64,000 nt of DNA from Ministeria vibrans ATCC 50519 (taxonomy: Eukaryota; Protista; Filasterea): the NCBI GenBank assembly GCA_943704425.1, contig CALSCP010000904.1:106897-170896 (forward strand). Reading direction: 5' to 3'. Below, in pieces: positions 44,045-57,952 of the stretch (positions within the stretch are counted from its first letter, which is position 1; each line of letters opens with the position of its first letter). The notes under the pieces are model-generated. The model was given only the letters and a program-made list of their open reading frames with translations. It was not told the DNA's origin and ran no database searches. The translations under genes and the position numbers were made by a program.

Positions 44045-45032
44045 ATGCGCGTCATCTCGCGGTTCTTTTCGCAGCTGCGCATGGCTGCTTTGACGCATAA
44101 TCCCAACAAGGCGTTACTAGTGTTTCCCGTGATCACGTTTGGTCTGGGCGTGTGGCAGGTGGCGATTGAAATGATCTCATTTGTTCAGACACAAACTCAC
44201 ACACTCTCTCTCTCTCTCTTTCTCTCTCTGTGCTCGCAGTTACGCCGACTCAAGTGGAAAGAGGACCTTATTGCGACCATGAACAAGGAACTAGAGATGG
44301 ACCCGGTGGAGCTGCCGACGGATCCCGAGCGGGTCGCCGAAATGGAGTACCGTCGCGTCAAAGTGGGCGGCGTCTACGAGCACGCGCAGGAGCTCCATCT
44401 GGGCCCGCGCTCGCTCGTCATGCCGTCCGCCATCTCCAGGAAACGCGCCCAGCAAGTCTCGCCGGGCGCCGGCTATCACATTGTCACCCCACTTGTGCGA
44501 TCGGATGGCGGGTAGGGCAGAGTGAAGGCGCATCTTGGATTGCCTTGGCACTGGGTGTACTGACTGCCATATCATAATTATTATTATTATATAGGGGTAA
44601 AATTCTTGTGAATCGAGGCTTTGTGCCATACCTTATGAAGGACGCGTCGACACGGCCAAACACCCTTGTTGAGGGCGAGGTGGAGATTGAAGGCATTGTC
44701 AGACTATCAGATAGGGTAAGCAATGACACATTTTCTCTTTGTTTGTCTCTCACCGACGTCTCCTCTCTGTCTCCATTTCACTTTTTCTGCTATGAAAGAG
44801 CAATATGTATGCGCCGGCTAATGATATTGAGAAGAACGATTGGTTTTCGCGGGACATTGAGGAAATGGCGGAGGCCACAGGAGCATTGCCCATCTACATT
44901 GACGCAGCCTATGGTACGATAGAGAGAGAATAGAGGGAGAAAGGAGAAAGGAGAAAGGAGAAAGGAGAAAGAAACAAAGCGAGATAGAGAGACAGAGACA
45001 GATAGAGAGAAAGGAGGGAGAAAGAAACAAAG

Positions 45033-45112
<80 letters not shown>

Positions 45113-45122
45113 NNNNNNNNNN

Positions 45123-45180
<58 letters not shown>

Positions 45181-45446
45181 GGAGAAAGAAACAAAGTGAT
45201 AGAGATAGAGAAGACGGACCAGAGAGAGGATGCAATAATTCATTTACGTCTTTGGTGGGCGTTTGTTGTGGAATAGTTCCGCCATCGGAGAATGGAGGAG
45301 AGCGACTGCCCATGGGGGGACAGACCAACCGCACACTGCGCAACGAGCACCTGAACTACGCCATTACCTGGTTTACGCTGACCTTCTTTCTGCTCGTCAT
45401 GACCTTCCGCTACGAACGTTCCACACACGGCTTCTTCAAGAAATAG
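44045..45446 (+). CDS. SURF1: SURF1/Shy1 cytochrome c oxidase assembly protein
   Basis: FGLGVWQ|LRRLKWK, EYRRV, GYHIVTPL, ILVNRGFVP and PMGGQT...LRNEHLNYAITWF. Confidence 0.96.
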
Positions 45447-45534
45447 TGCACAGTGTATGTGTATGTGTGTGTGTGTGCATGGTGTGTTGTTCTGGTGTGT
45501 GATTGTATCAATACATATATTTTGTGTGTGAACC

Positions 45535-47710
45535 TCAGGCGCTCTTGAGAATGTCAGTGAGGAGAGTGGGCAGTGAGGCGAGAGGAACGTCGTTGTAGCG
45601 CGCATACTGAGCCTGTCGCACATCCACAACACTCACAAGGCCCGTCTCAACGGCCTGCCGGTCTATTGCGACCCACAGTGCGACCCTGTTTGACTGTGCC
45701 GGCCTCGTTCCACTCGCACCGTCATCATGTTGCCGGTGCACTGTGCGTCCTAGTGCCTTTTCGTGTTGACGACGACTCTGCGAGTGCCATCGCTGCACAC
45801 TAAACGGCCCATTGTTCCGAAGAAACGCCGCCAACCGCACTCCCTGCCCCTCAATACTGGTCGCAACCTCTGTCTCTGTCTCTATATCAGACTCCTCTGC
45901 GACAGAAGTCACCAGCACAACTGGCACAGCGGCACTTTCGTGAGCGCACTGGCGCTCCTTCTCACTCATCACCAGCCGCAGTCGTTCAACGCCACTCGCC
46001 CATCCAATCGCATCTCGTGACACACGTCCATCTATAAAGCACAGTGCGAGATGATACATAAAGCAACAGAGACAGAGAGAGATAGAGATAGAGATAGAGA
46101 AAGAGAAAGAGGGGTGAGGGAGAGAAAAAAAACAAAGTGAGAGAAAGGAAAAAGAAACAAAGTGATACAGGGAGAGGAAGAAAAAAAGGATAGAAGAAAG
46201 AAACAAAGTAATAGAGAGAGAGTAAGAAAAAAAGGAAAGGAGAAAGAAACGAAGAGAAAGGTAAAAAGTGTACCAGAGATGCGAGACAGAAGCGCATCGT
46301 ATCGCCCACCCGCAAGCACGGTGCGCTACAGCAACAATCGGTCAATCATTCTCACCATGCACGCAGAAGCAAACAATTTGTACCTGTGTAGCACCCAGAT
46401 TTGACACTGGCGAGTTTGGCTCGACCACAAACTCAAACACAAGATCGTTGTAGTAGTCGAGTCCACGCACCAGTCGACTGCGCCGCTCATAGTCAATCCC
46501 AAGCACTGTCAGTGTCTCCAGAGTCCGTTCAAACCGCTGTCGTTCGGCCTCACTGCACATTTCGTACAGGTCCGGTGCGTCTGTACAATAGCGAGTGAGC
46601 GAGTTGATATTTTTAGGATGCTCTAGTGTGTTTACCACTGCACACTGCAATGTCTTCGGGTCGGTTTGAATCGAGAATCCCCAATATGTTTCGCCCACTT
46701 TGTAGCTTCGTCTGGGAAGAGGGGAAAGAAATAAAACTCATTCAGACGGCATTGCACACGCGTGGTTTAGACTGCTGCAATACTTGAGAAGGCAGGGACA
46801 GATCACTGACGCGCGCCTGAAGGAACTCGCCGAGACGCACAGCGTAGGCAGCACGGGTGGCCGCCGATGAGATACAGTTGACGTAGAGACGACAATGCTC
46901 GGCAATGCCCAGCTGAACAAGGAGTTGACGACCCGACGCAACACACTCGGCGTCTAGGCCTGCGTTGGATGCACCAAGCCACTCAAACCCACACTGCGAG
47001 GGAACGAGGGGTCAGGTGTTGATGCCTATGGTTACACTTGTGCACCTGATGAAACTGACGTAAGCGACCGCGCTGCGGCCGTTCGTGGCGAAACATAGGA
47101 GCGAGGTAGTAGAGGCGCTGCAGCGGATCGTTGACGGCGTAGTGGGCGGCGTACAAGCGCGCCACTGGCGCTGTTCCCTCAGGGCGGAGCAGCAAGGTGG
47201 ATCCATCAGATCGCTCGTCGGCGCCACGTCCTGTTATCACACGATACGTTTCCTAGGGAGCACAGCGTTGCAGAGTCAGAATTCGAACGACACACACACA
47301 TTCATTGAGTGTGTTGTATGAGACATGACTAAAGACTTCGGAGCTTTCGCCGAGTGTGGATGAAAAAGTGGTTGGGAGCTCGCACACAGGGGTGGCCACC
47401 TACAGATAGAGCAGCAGAGGAGTTGGTTGCGCATGGGCTGCTTCGATCCTTCCCGCACCTGCTGAGTATTGTAGGAGAGCGCGACGCAACGCAGCGCATT
47501 CTCAATGTGCCGAAATTCGACCATGTCGTGCTGTCGAAGGAAGACAGGTGAGCCCCTCGCTCACACGCCTTGGACACGGGCTCTTACCGGCAGCCAGTCG
47601 GCCATTCCCAATGGAGAGGCAAGACGGCGTTTTGACGAGTGCGAAGCGAATCGGCGCAGGACAACACCACTGATCACAGCGCACGGCACGCGCCCCGTCG
47701 CGAGCAACAT
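45535..47710 (-). CDS. hisS: Histidyl-tRNA synthetase, bacterial HisS-type, probably mitochondrial
   Basis: Presequence-like N-terminus, [58 protein letters not shown] and [11 protein letters not shown]. Confidence 0.9.
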
Positions 47711-47904
47711 CCGGATTTGTGTCAATACAGAAGATCTCAAGCGCAAAAGCGTTATTATTTTGATTTTTGACGAGTCACGAAAGTCGATTGCTGATCGTGT
47801 GAAGTTTATTATTATTATTAATTATAATACTAGGATAATTATGATTATTTTATCGTATTATCATGAATAGACTTTGTACAACAAGATGACACACAAATAA
47901 AACG

Positions 47905-49386
47905 TCACTCTGGCTCCTGTGCCTTGCCCTTCTTGATGCGATGGGTATGCAACAAATCGGCAAGAGCTTTCTCAACGGCGGTGAGGAGGGTGCTGGCAGT
48001 GGTCGAAGGAGCTTCGGGACGCGATGCCTCGCGCAGGGCCTTGGCCGCCACCATCCACTCGCTGTCCTCCTCAAAGTTGGCCATGCGCTTGGACGACGAC
48101 GGGTGTGTCGACGTGTACTCGGCTGGCTCTTCTCCAACGGCGTCCTGCATGCGTTGCCACACACGCTTTGCCTACACGCGAAACCAAACAAACATGAGCC
48201 GGCGCTTTTTTTTGCGACAATGCCGTACCTCCTCTATACGGTATTGTGCCCGTGCAGCCAGCATCAACCTACATAGCAACAGAACAAATCACAGTAAGAT
48301 TGTATACATGTATAATAGAGTGAGTGTTTGCGTGTGTGTATCTTTCTCTACCCAATCTGGTCTGCTTCAAGCTCCAACTGGCGGCTCTTGGGCAACATCA
48401 CCCCCAGATTGGAAATGGTCTCGAACAAGTCAGACGAATGTCCCACAAGCGACATGACAAGGAACAGCACTGCTGCCTGAAAGAACTTCTCACTTGTGTG
48501 GTCTGCGTGCAGGAAGTACACAAACAAAAAGAAATGAACCATCATTGGCTAATCAAGTGTGAGTTCGCGTACGGGCGACATAATGGCCAATCTCATGACC
48601 CATGATGATAGCCAGACCATCTTCATCGTGTGCAATGGGAAGGAGTCCTGTGAAAAAGAAGACCCGCCCACTCGGGGTCACTGATACAGCGAAAAGTGCG
48701 TGTGAAACGACTCTCCCTCTCTCTCTCCCTCTACATATGACTGTTCCTACCAAACGCATTGGCGTTCGAATTGTCGTCAATGACGTGGTAGTGCAGCTCA
48801 GGGAGGTCATTGGCAATGCGGATGCGCTCGCCTATCTTTCGGATGACGCGGTACTCCTCCGACGACTCCGGCAGCAGTCGCTCGCTGACCTCGGCCAGCA
48901 CACTCTCGTCGGCCGACTCGGCAATCACTTCCTCAAACCAGTGGGGCACGAGCATCACACGACGTCGTCCGCTGATCGGCACCGTCTCCAGATTGTGCAC
49001 GTAGACACCGGCGCCCATGCCGAGCGCGAGCCACACGCCCGGCCGGGTGTGCAGCGGCTGCCGCTTAGGCCTGCGAGACGACGATGACGACGACGACGAC
49101 GACGACGACGAGCGGCCCGACGAAGAGGACGATGACGACGATGATGATAGCTCGCCTGTACGAATACGCGCGGAGGGAGGAAGGGACAGAGGGGGGAAAT
49201 GAGTTCAATCGGAGGTCGAGACAGTGCGAACTTTTCTTTCTTCCTACTTTGGTGGGTTTTGTAATACGACGCTGGAAACGAGAGCGCTTTGCCCTTCGGC
49301 TTCTTCGCTGCTTGAGATGCATTATACCGTAAGCGCACCGCCATTGGCGACCGTTGTGCCGTAAATCTCGAGATGAAACGCAACAT
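47905..49386 (-). CDS. OMA1: Mitochondrial M48 metallopeptidase OMA1
   Basis: ETVPISGRRR, NAF-VTPSG, LAIIMGHEIGH (HExxH), SRQLELEADQIG and STHPS. Confidence 0.92.
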
Positions 49387-49699
49387 AGAAAAAAGAATAC
49401 AAATCGTCGAAAGGTATCGATGATTCTTCACACACACACGCACACGCACGCACGCAGTTAGAATAACTGAGTGAGCAGTGAGTTCACGTCAAATATGAAA
49501 TACGAAATGTGTGACTCATCATTAATTCAATTCATTATTTCGTATTCGAGTGACGAGTTGTGATTGAGTTCATGAGTTGTGTGCTTCAAATGAAATTTAG
49601 TCAGTCTGTCAGTGTCATTTCTCTGTGTACATTCTGATCATTTGGCCCTGGTGCTCGCTTTAGTTGGAGTGGCCCTTCAGCGCGATCAATAGTTTCGAA

Positions 49700-51442
49700 A
49701 TGTCCTTCTTCAAGGACCACGACTCGCTGGTGAATCCGTTGATCTTCCCGGCGCCTACTCCACCCACCTATTCGCATGGCGACTACGAGAACGAGGTACG
49801 GAGCACCCCTCTCCACTCTCAATGACGCCACGGCTGACCCCAGCCCTCTGCATGCGCTGCTCTAGCTCATCTGGCTGCCCTCCTTGGCGCGCAGGGATGG
49901 CACCGCCGCATCGCCCGCCGGTGCTCCCGCGCCCACACTCACCAAGCCCTTTCCGTGTCTCTTGATCAAGACTAGCCATGCGAAGAAGGTTGGACAATCA
50001 CAGAACGCTATTAGTTTAGTTTTTTGGGCGGTCGTCATAAAGTTCGCTTCTCTCTCTTTCGTCTCTCTCGCTCTCTCGTGCTGTGTATTGGCGCCCACAC
50101 TGACCCCCATTCTCTCGTTCTGTCTCTCTACACCTCTGTTTGCAGGTGCTCATCTACCTGCACGGCAATGCCGAAGACATTGGTCTGCAGTACGAGCTCA
50201 TGCAGGTGTACGCGGCCTTCTGGAATGTCCACGTCCTTGCCGTCGAGTACCCAGGTGGACATTGATGATGATTGCAAGACCACGATGCAGCCTATGGAAC
50301 ACTAACCATTGCCGTGTTGTTTTGCGTTAGCGTATGGGCCATTACGACACAGTAAATATGCCACCGAGTCTGGACTGAACAGGTTTGAAGAATGATAGGA
50401 CAGATTTTTCCAGCGTCGCTTTTATGTATCATAAGCAAAGTTTCTCCTAATGTCTTCTTCTATTGCACCGATTCTTAGACATGCACGCGTTGCGTACGAA
50501 TTTCTCGCGTACGAATTGAAAGTGCCCCCTGAGAAAATCATTGTGTGCGGACGGTCGATTGGCTCAGGACCCGCACTACACTTGACATCACAATTGGCAC
50601 AGTCGGTACAGAACAGAACGAGAGAGGAGTTACTTGATGATGGTCTTATATATCTGTTGGTTGGTTGGTAGGGGACGCATGTGGGTGCAGTGATGCTCCA
50701 AGCGGCGTTTCTGAGCGTCAAGACGCTGGCACGGTCCCTGGTGGGCGGATGGGCGAGTCTGATGCTCAATCGTTTCAACAACGAAGCAGAGATGTCGCAC
50801 TGTGCGTGCCCCGTCTTTGTCGTGCACGGCCGCAACGATGAGCTCATTCCCATCGACCATGCCGAATCACTTTATGCGCGATGCGCCCACTCCCGCAAGA
50901 TGATCCACATCTCAGAGACGTAATTTACACCCATCGCTTGAGTGATTTGACCGACTGTTTGGCGGGTTGCTATATATGTGTGTAGAGCGGATCACAACCA
51001 GTGGGACTTTGAAGAGGACATTGTGAAGCCCACCAGTCTGTTTTTGGCGACCTATATGCCCGACGAGCCTTTTGCAGAGGATCTTATTCTCGACACAGAC
51101 CCCACTCACCTGGCGCTCGAAGACAAATGTATCCCACACTATGTGTGTATGTGTGTGTGAAATGATTGTGTTGCATGTGAGTGCTGATTTGGCTTCGTGT
51201 ATGTGCTGCGAGTACTATTTTGACTCTGTGTTGTGAGTACTAATATGTCTCTGTGTTGTGACTACTAATATGTCTTTGTGTTGTGAGTACTAATATGTCT
51301 CTGTGTTGTGCTGCTTTGGGCTTGTGTTGTAGACAGGAAAGAGAGCGAGGAACAATTGGAATCGATGATTGCGCAGCGAAGCGCATCCGACGAGCCTGGA
51401 TTCATGCTCAAGCTGTTCAGCAAACTTGCTGGTGGTCGTTGA
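49700..51442 (+). CDS. Alpha/beta hydrolase, ABHD17/ABHD13-like
   Basis: LIFPAP, YLHGNAEDIG, VEYP, GRSIGSG nucleophile elbow, VHGRNDELIP and ADHN. Confidence 0.88.
51205..51312. repeat. Intronic minisatellite of about 25-bp units
   Basis: Repeats of GAGTACTAATATGTCTCTGTGTTGT. Confidence 0.8.
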
Positions 51443-51507
51443 GCAGCGCAGTCAAGAATATGCATGTGTGAGTGAGTGAGGGTGTGTGTATTGAGTTGAA
51501 GAGGGGG

Positions 51508-52561
<1,054 letters not shown>

Positions 52562-52720
52562 CTCCGATGGGATCGAGTCAAATCACAGTCTAATACGCGG
52601 TGTAGAGCAGAAAGGACTGAGATGTGAGTGAGTGAGAACTCAGTGAGAAGTCAGAAGAGTCAGAAATCACAAAATACAAACAACTAAAGTCTAAAACCTT
52701 ACTTTTTTGCCGATTTTGTA

Positions 52721-54658
52721 ATGGAAGAGTTTGAGACACAGTCACCGTCGCAAGGACGTCGCGATCTGCAAGGCTTTGTTGGATTTGCCAACCTGCCCAA
52801 CCAGGTAGGGGATGCGCAGTGCACCCTGCGCCGCTCTGGCCCTCCTCACCGCCCTGTCCGCCTGTAGGTGCACAAGAAATCAGTCAAGAAGGGCTTCGAG
52901 TTCTCTCTCATTGTCGTCGGTACGAAGACCCGCCTCTGAAACCCCCCGCATAGCCCTTTCCACGACCCTTTCGTGTTTCAAACATTTTTCGAAAAAAAAA
53001 AAAAAAAAAAAACGAACGCAAGAAAGGACAAAGGAACGCCAAAAAATGAACAATACGGGCTATATCTGCGGTGTCTCGGCGCGCCATGCGTCCGTATTGG
53101 CCCTGTGTGTGTGTGATTCTGGCTCTCGAGGCTCTATCGCTCCGTCAATCTTCACATCTTGCGTTTTTTTTTCTTTTTTTTTTTTTTTCAAACCAATTTT
53201 TTTTGCATTCGTCAATGAAATGAAAGCAAATCCGCCACTCTTGTGGAGGACACTCTGGCGTGTCTGTGTCCGTGGGTGGCGTCTGGGTGGATGAGCGTGC
53301 ACGCATGTGGCGTGGATGATGTCCCATATTGAGTTTTTCGCTTCCGAGTTGTTTTGTGTGTCCAACTCCAATCCTTTTTTTTTTTCTCAACGCCTTCTTC
53401 TTCTCGTTTGTCGTCCTCTAGGCGAATCTGGCCTTGGCAAGTCGACTCTGGTCAACTCGCTGTTTCTGTCGGATCTGTACCAGGAGCGCGAGTACCCTGA
53501 CGCGGCGGAACGCGTCGAACAGACTGGTTAGCAGTGCGACACTAAGATACGCGCTCCTCTCTGATCACTCTTCTTCTTCTAGTTGAAGTGTCGTCCACCA
53601 CGGTTGACATTGAGGAGAAGGGTGTGCGCTTGAAGCTTACGGTGATTGATACTCCCGGTTTTGCGGACGCTGTCAACAACGAGAACTGCTGGAACCCGAT
53701 TGTAGAGTACATTGACGCTCGCTATCAGGTAGACAATCGAATTGCATTGGAGAGAAGGTGCGGTGAGAAATCTCCTCTCTGACGCAATTGTATCCGCTAG
53801 GAATATCTTGATGCTGAGCTTCGAGTGCGCCGCAAGCAGATTGTCGACACACGCGTGCACTGCTGTCTGTACTTCATTTCGCCGCACGGACACGGTCTCA
53901 AGCCGCTCGACATCAAAGTGCTCAAGGAACTCGACCGGTATACCACTACACACATGCATTACAATACCATACTCGCGTCCTCTGTGTGGATGTATCTTGT
54001 TGTAACAATGATGTCTGTGTAGTCGGGTGAACATCATTCCCGTTGTGGCCAAGTCTGATACGCTCACTGCATCCGAAATTGCCGAGTTTAAGCAGCGTGT
54101 CAACTTAGGTAACACATTATCTCTTTGTATTTGTGTGTGTGTGTGTGTTTATGTGTTTTGCTGACCTTTTTTTCTCCTCTTTGTCTTCAGACATTGAGAC
54201 GCACAAGATTAAGGTGTACAAGTTTCCCGTTGACGAGGTATAAAGAAAGACACTGAATTGCGAATTGCTCACGCATTGTGTGTGTGTGTTTTTTTTTTTT
54301 TCTGGTTTTAGGACGACGATGAGGATGCAGTGGCTGAGGCGGAGGACCTGCAGTCTACGCTCCCTTTTGCCGTGGTGGGCAGCAACACTGTGCTTGAGGT
54401 GGGTGGGCGCAAGGTGCGCGGCCGCAAGTACCCTTGGGGAGTGGTTGAGGTCAGATAGTCAGTCAGGGACACACCTCAAATGTCACTCACACTCATTATT
54501 TTATATAATTATGTGTTGTTGTAGGTTGAGAACTCTTCTCACTGCGACTTCAACCGGATGCGTGACATGCTGATCCGCACACACATGCAGGATCTGCGTG
54601 AGACCACGCACGACATGCACTACGAGAATTACCGCGCTACCCAACTCGCAAAGGTAGG

Positions 54659-54744
<86 letters not shown>

Positions 54745-55214
54745 GGAGAAACAAAGTGATAGAGAATGTATGTGTGTGTATTTGTGCCGTTGATGTGTAC
54801 TCACACTGAATACACTTTCTTGTACGTAGATGAACCCTATGGACGCACAGGTGAACCCGATTGCCAAGCTGGACGAAGAGCGTCGCAAGCACGACCGCAA
54901 GATGGCCAAGATGGAGGGAGAGATGGAGGCGGTGTTTGACCGTAAGGTGAAGGAGAAGGAGAAGGCGCTGCAGGACAGCGAGGCGGAGAAGCTCAAGCAG
55001 GTCGCCGACATGCAGCGCCAGCTGGAGGAGCAGAAGAAGATGCTCGAGGATCAGCAGAGGAAGTTTAACGAGGAGAAGGCTGCCTTTGAGCAAGCGGTAT
55101 GTGTCCTCCACTATTTCCCCATTACAACTCACGCATTCTCTCTCCCTCTTCGTGTCTTTCTAGCATGCCCCGGCTGAGAAGAAGAAGTCGAGTCTGTTCA
55201 AGCACAGAGATTAA
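52721..55214 (+). CDS. Septin (SEPT2/SEPT7-like) with C-terminal coiled coil
   Basis: [69 protein letters not shown] and HYENYR. Confidence 0.96.
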
Positions 55215-55370
55215 CTCTCCTCCTTTTCCGTGTGCCTTTTTCATTATGTTATTGCGCGAGTATTTGTTTTTAAACGGAGAGCGGAGAGAGAGAGAGAGAG
55301 GATAATAAGGATAATAAAAAGAGAGAGAGTGAAAGCACCAGCAAAAAAACAGATTTTATATGAGAGATGA

Positions 55371-55579
55371 TTACATGGCGAAAGGAAGAGCAGCATTGAC
55401 AACACTGTTTTGTACGCCACAGACATTACCAGCAATGGCAACGCGAAGAAACCCATTCTCACCCCAGTCAGAACCCCTGTTTGTTGGGAGTCAGAGACAA
55501 CGGTCAAGTCAGTGGGATAATAACAGACACGGTGAGGTACAAGAGACGCACTCAAATAGAGTACTTCTCGTGTCCCCCA

Positions 55580-55624
<45 letters not shown>

Positions 55625-56521
55625 AACTCTCTCTCTTGAACTCTCTCTCTCTCTCTTGAACTCTCTCTCTTGAACTCTCTCTCTCTCTCTCTTGAACTCT
55701 CTCTCTCTCTCTTGAACTCTCTCTCTCTTGAACTCTCTCTCTCTCTCTTGAACTCTCTCTCTCTCTTGAACTCTCTCTCTCTCTCTTGAACTCTCACTCT
55801 ATACGTACCAGCTGTTGCGAATGATCCAGTAGGGCACACTGGTGTTGGTGACGTAGCCCACCACCTGGATGGCATGATCTTTTTGGCCAAAGTCAGAGCT
55901 GCAGTGGTACTGCACAATGCCTCCCACGTAGTCCAACCACACGTGTGAGTCGACAAGCGCCGTCAGAGTGCCGTTGGTCAGCTCAGTCTGCATCTCATTC
56001 GAAATATCACCACTCGCCACCAGTTGTTCGAAAACCATTCCGGTGGAGGCCACAGCAATCTGTGCCGGGTTGAACTTACACTGTACACAAAGAAAAAAAA
56101 TGGGGTAAGATAAATCCTCTTATCTCTATCAATTTTGTTTCGTTCTCGGATCGTTCCCTCCTTTTTCTCAATCCCTTTGTTTCCTCCTCATCACTTCGTT
56201 TCTTTCTCTCTTCTCTATCACTTTGTTTCTTTCTGTCTCCTTTCTCCCTCTCCATCACTTTGTTTCTCTCTGCCTCCTTTCTCCCTCTCTATCACTTTGG
56301 GGTGGTTTTTTCTCTCTCTCTCTTTCTCATACGGGTGGAGTGTCCTTTGCGCCTCCGCCGTTGACATAGGGAAAGCCCTTTTCAGACATGAGTCCCCCTG
56401 TCGTGTTGATGTAATTGAACGCGATGTAGGGGTCCCCCCCAGCACACCCGTCATCGCCCGTGCCCGTATTGCACGACACAACCTAAAACACAGGAAATGA
56501 GCACACAAAAAACAGAAGAAA

Positions 56522-56552
<31 letters not shown>

Positions 56553-57432
56553 CGATCTACTCAACCTGTTGGGTGCTCAGCTGAACGATTGGCTGACCCC
56601 GCAACACGTTAGCCGACTCAAATACTTCAACGGCAGCCATGGCCCAGCATGAGCCACATTGACCCTGGTTCTTAATAGGCGTCAGAGGGAACGGAGCCTG
56701 AGTACGCCTGAACATACACAACACAAGAGACACAAAGAACATTACCCTCCCGTGTCAGCACTTGCTCTCTCTCCCCCATTGCACCTGCTTTTTCTTTTGT
56801 CTCTCTCTCTCTCTCTCGACGTCTCTTACCAATCCCACGAGAGAGGAGTATCTGCAGTGTCTGTCGCGCGGCGCACCGACCGCTTCGGAAGGCTCTCCAT
56901 CAGCTTGTCCAGTGTGGAAGACGGTGTGGCAAATTTGGCTGAAAGGAATTATGAAAAAAAAAAATTTAAAAAAACGAGAAACAGAAGAGGGTTGGTAGAG
57001 AGAATGTGAGTAACAAGTGAGAAGTGACAGGGCTGCAGCAAACCAGCGCGTTGGTAATAGGCAAAAACGACAAAAGAATACCTTTGAACTCACTCGGTGA
57101 CATATCGGCGAATTTGGTCACGCCATACGTGGCCAGCCCTCCTCCAGCAGATTCGACAGCATTGAGGGCCTCGTGGCGCGCGAGGGATGCCTAGGAGGGA
57201 TCGTTGAGCGAAAAAGGAGCCGCAGAAAATCGCTCTCTTTCTCTCTCTCTAACACACTCACACACACCTTGAAATTGGCCTTTCGTCGCGCATACTCAAC
57301 CGGGTCTGACGCATACGGCTTGTGGTACTGGACGACAAACTCGGCAAAGGATGCGTCCAGATCGATGTCACTCGCTGCAAAGCCACCGCCACTCACGACA
57401 GCCAGCGTCGCAATCAGCACCACAGCCCTCAT
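55371..57432 (-). CDS. Papain-family (C1A) cysteine protease with I29 prodomain, cathepsin O-like
   Basis: Signal peptide, FAEFVVQYHKPY, NQGQCGSCWA, WLDYVGGIVQYHC...HAIQVVGY and YWIIRNSW|GSDWGENGF. Confidence 0.92.
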
Positions 57433-57580
57433 CAAGTCCGCAGTACAATGCTTCACGTGTAAGCCAAAATGAAGCAAAAGAAATGCTGAGTGCGGACAAC
57501 TGAGTAGAACACTGTGAGAAGACTAGAAGTGAATACAACAAATATTCACTGATTTTTTCCCGAACTGAACTTCTGTGGTG

Positions 57581-57861
57581 ATGAAGCTGTTGCTTATTCT
57601 CGGCCTCGTCTCGTTTGCGACTGCCGCCGACGTCTACTGGTGGGTGTACAAGGGAAGCGACTGCCCCTATCGCGATGGTACAAACAATTTAGGCTTTTTC
57701 ATGTTTGTTTCTCACTCTGTGCTGCACAGTGGGCGAGGTGGGCAAGGGCCACACCGTCGACTTTCTTGAGAAGACCTGCCTGGACACGCCCGGCTGCTAT
57801 GGCTTCAACACCAACGGCATTCTGAAGAATGTTAGCCAAACAATCACATTTGTGTTGTGTC

Positions 57862-57952
<91 letters not shown>

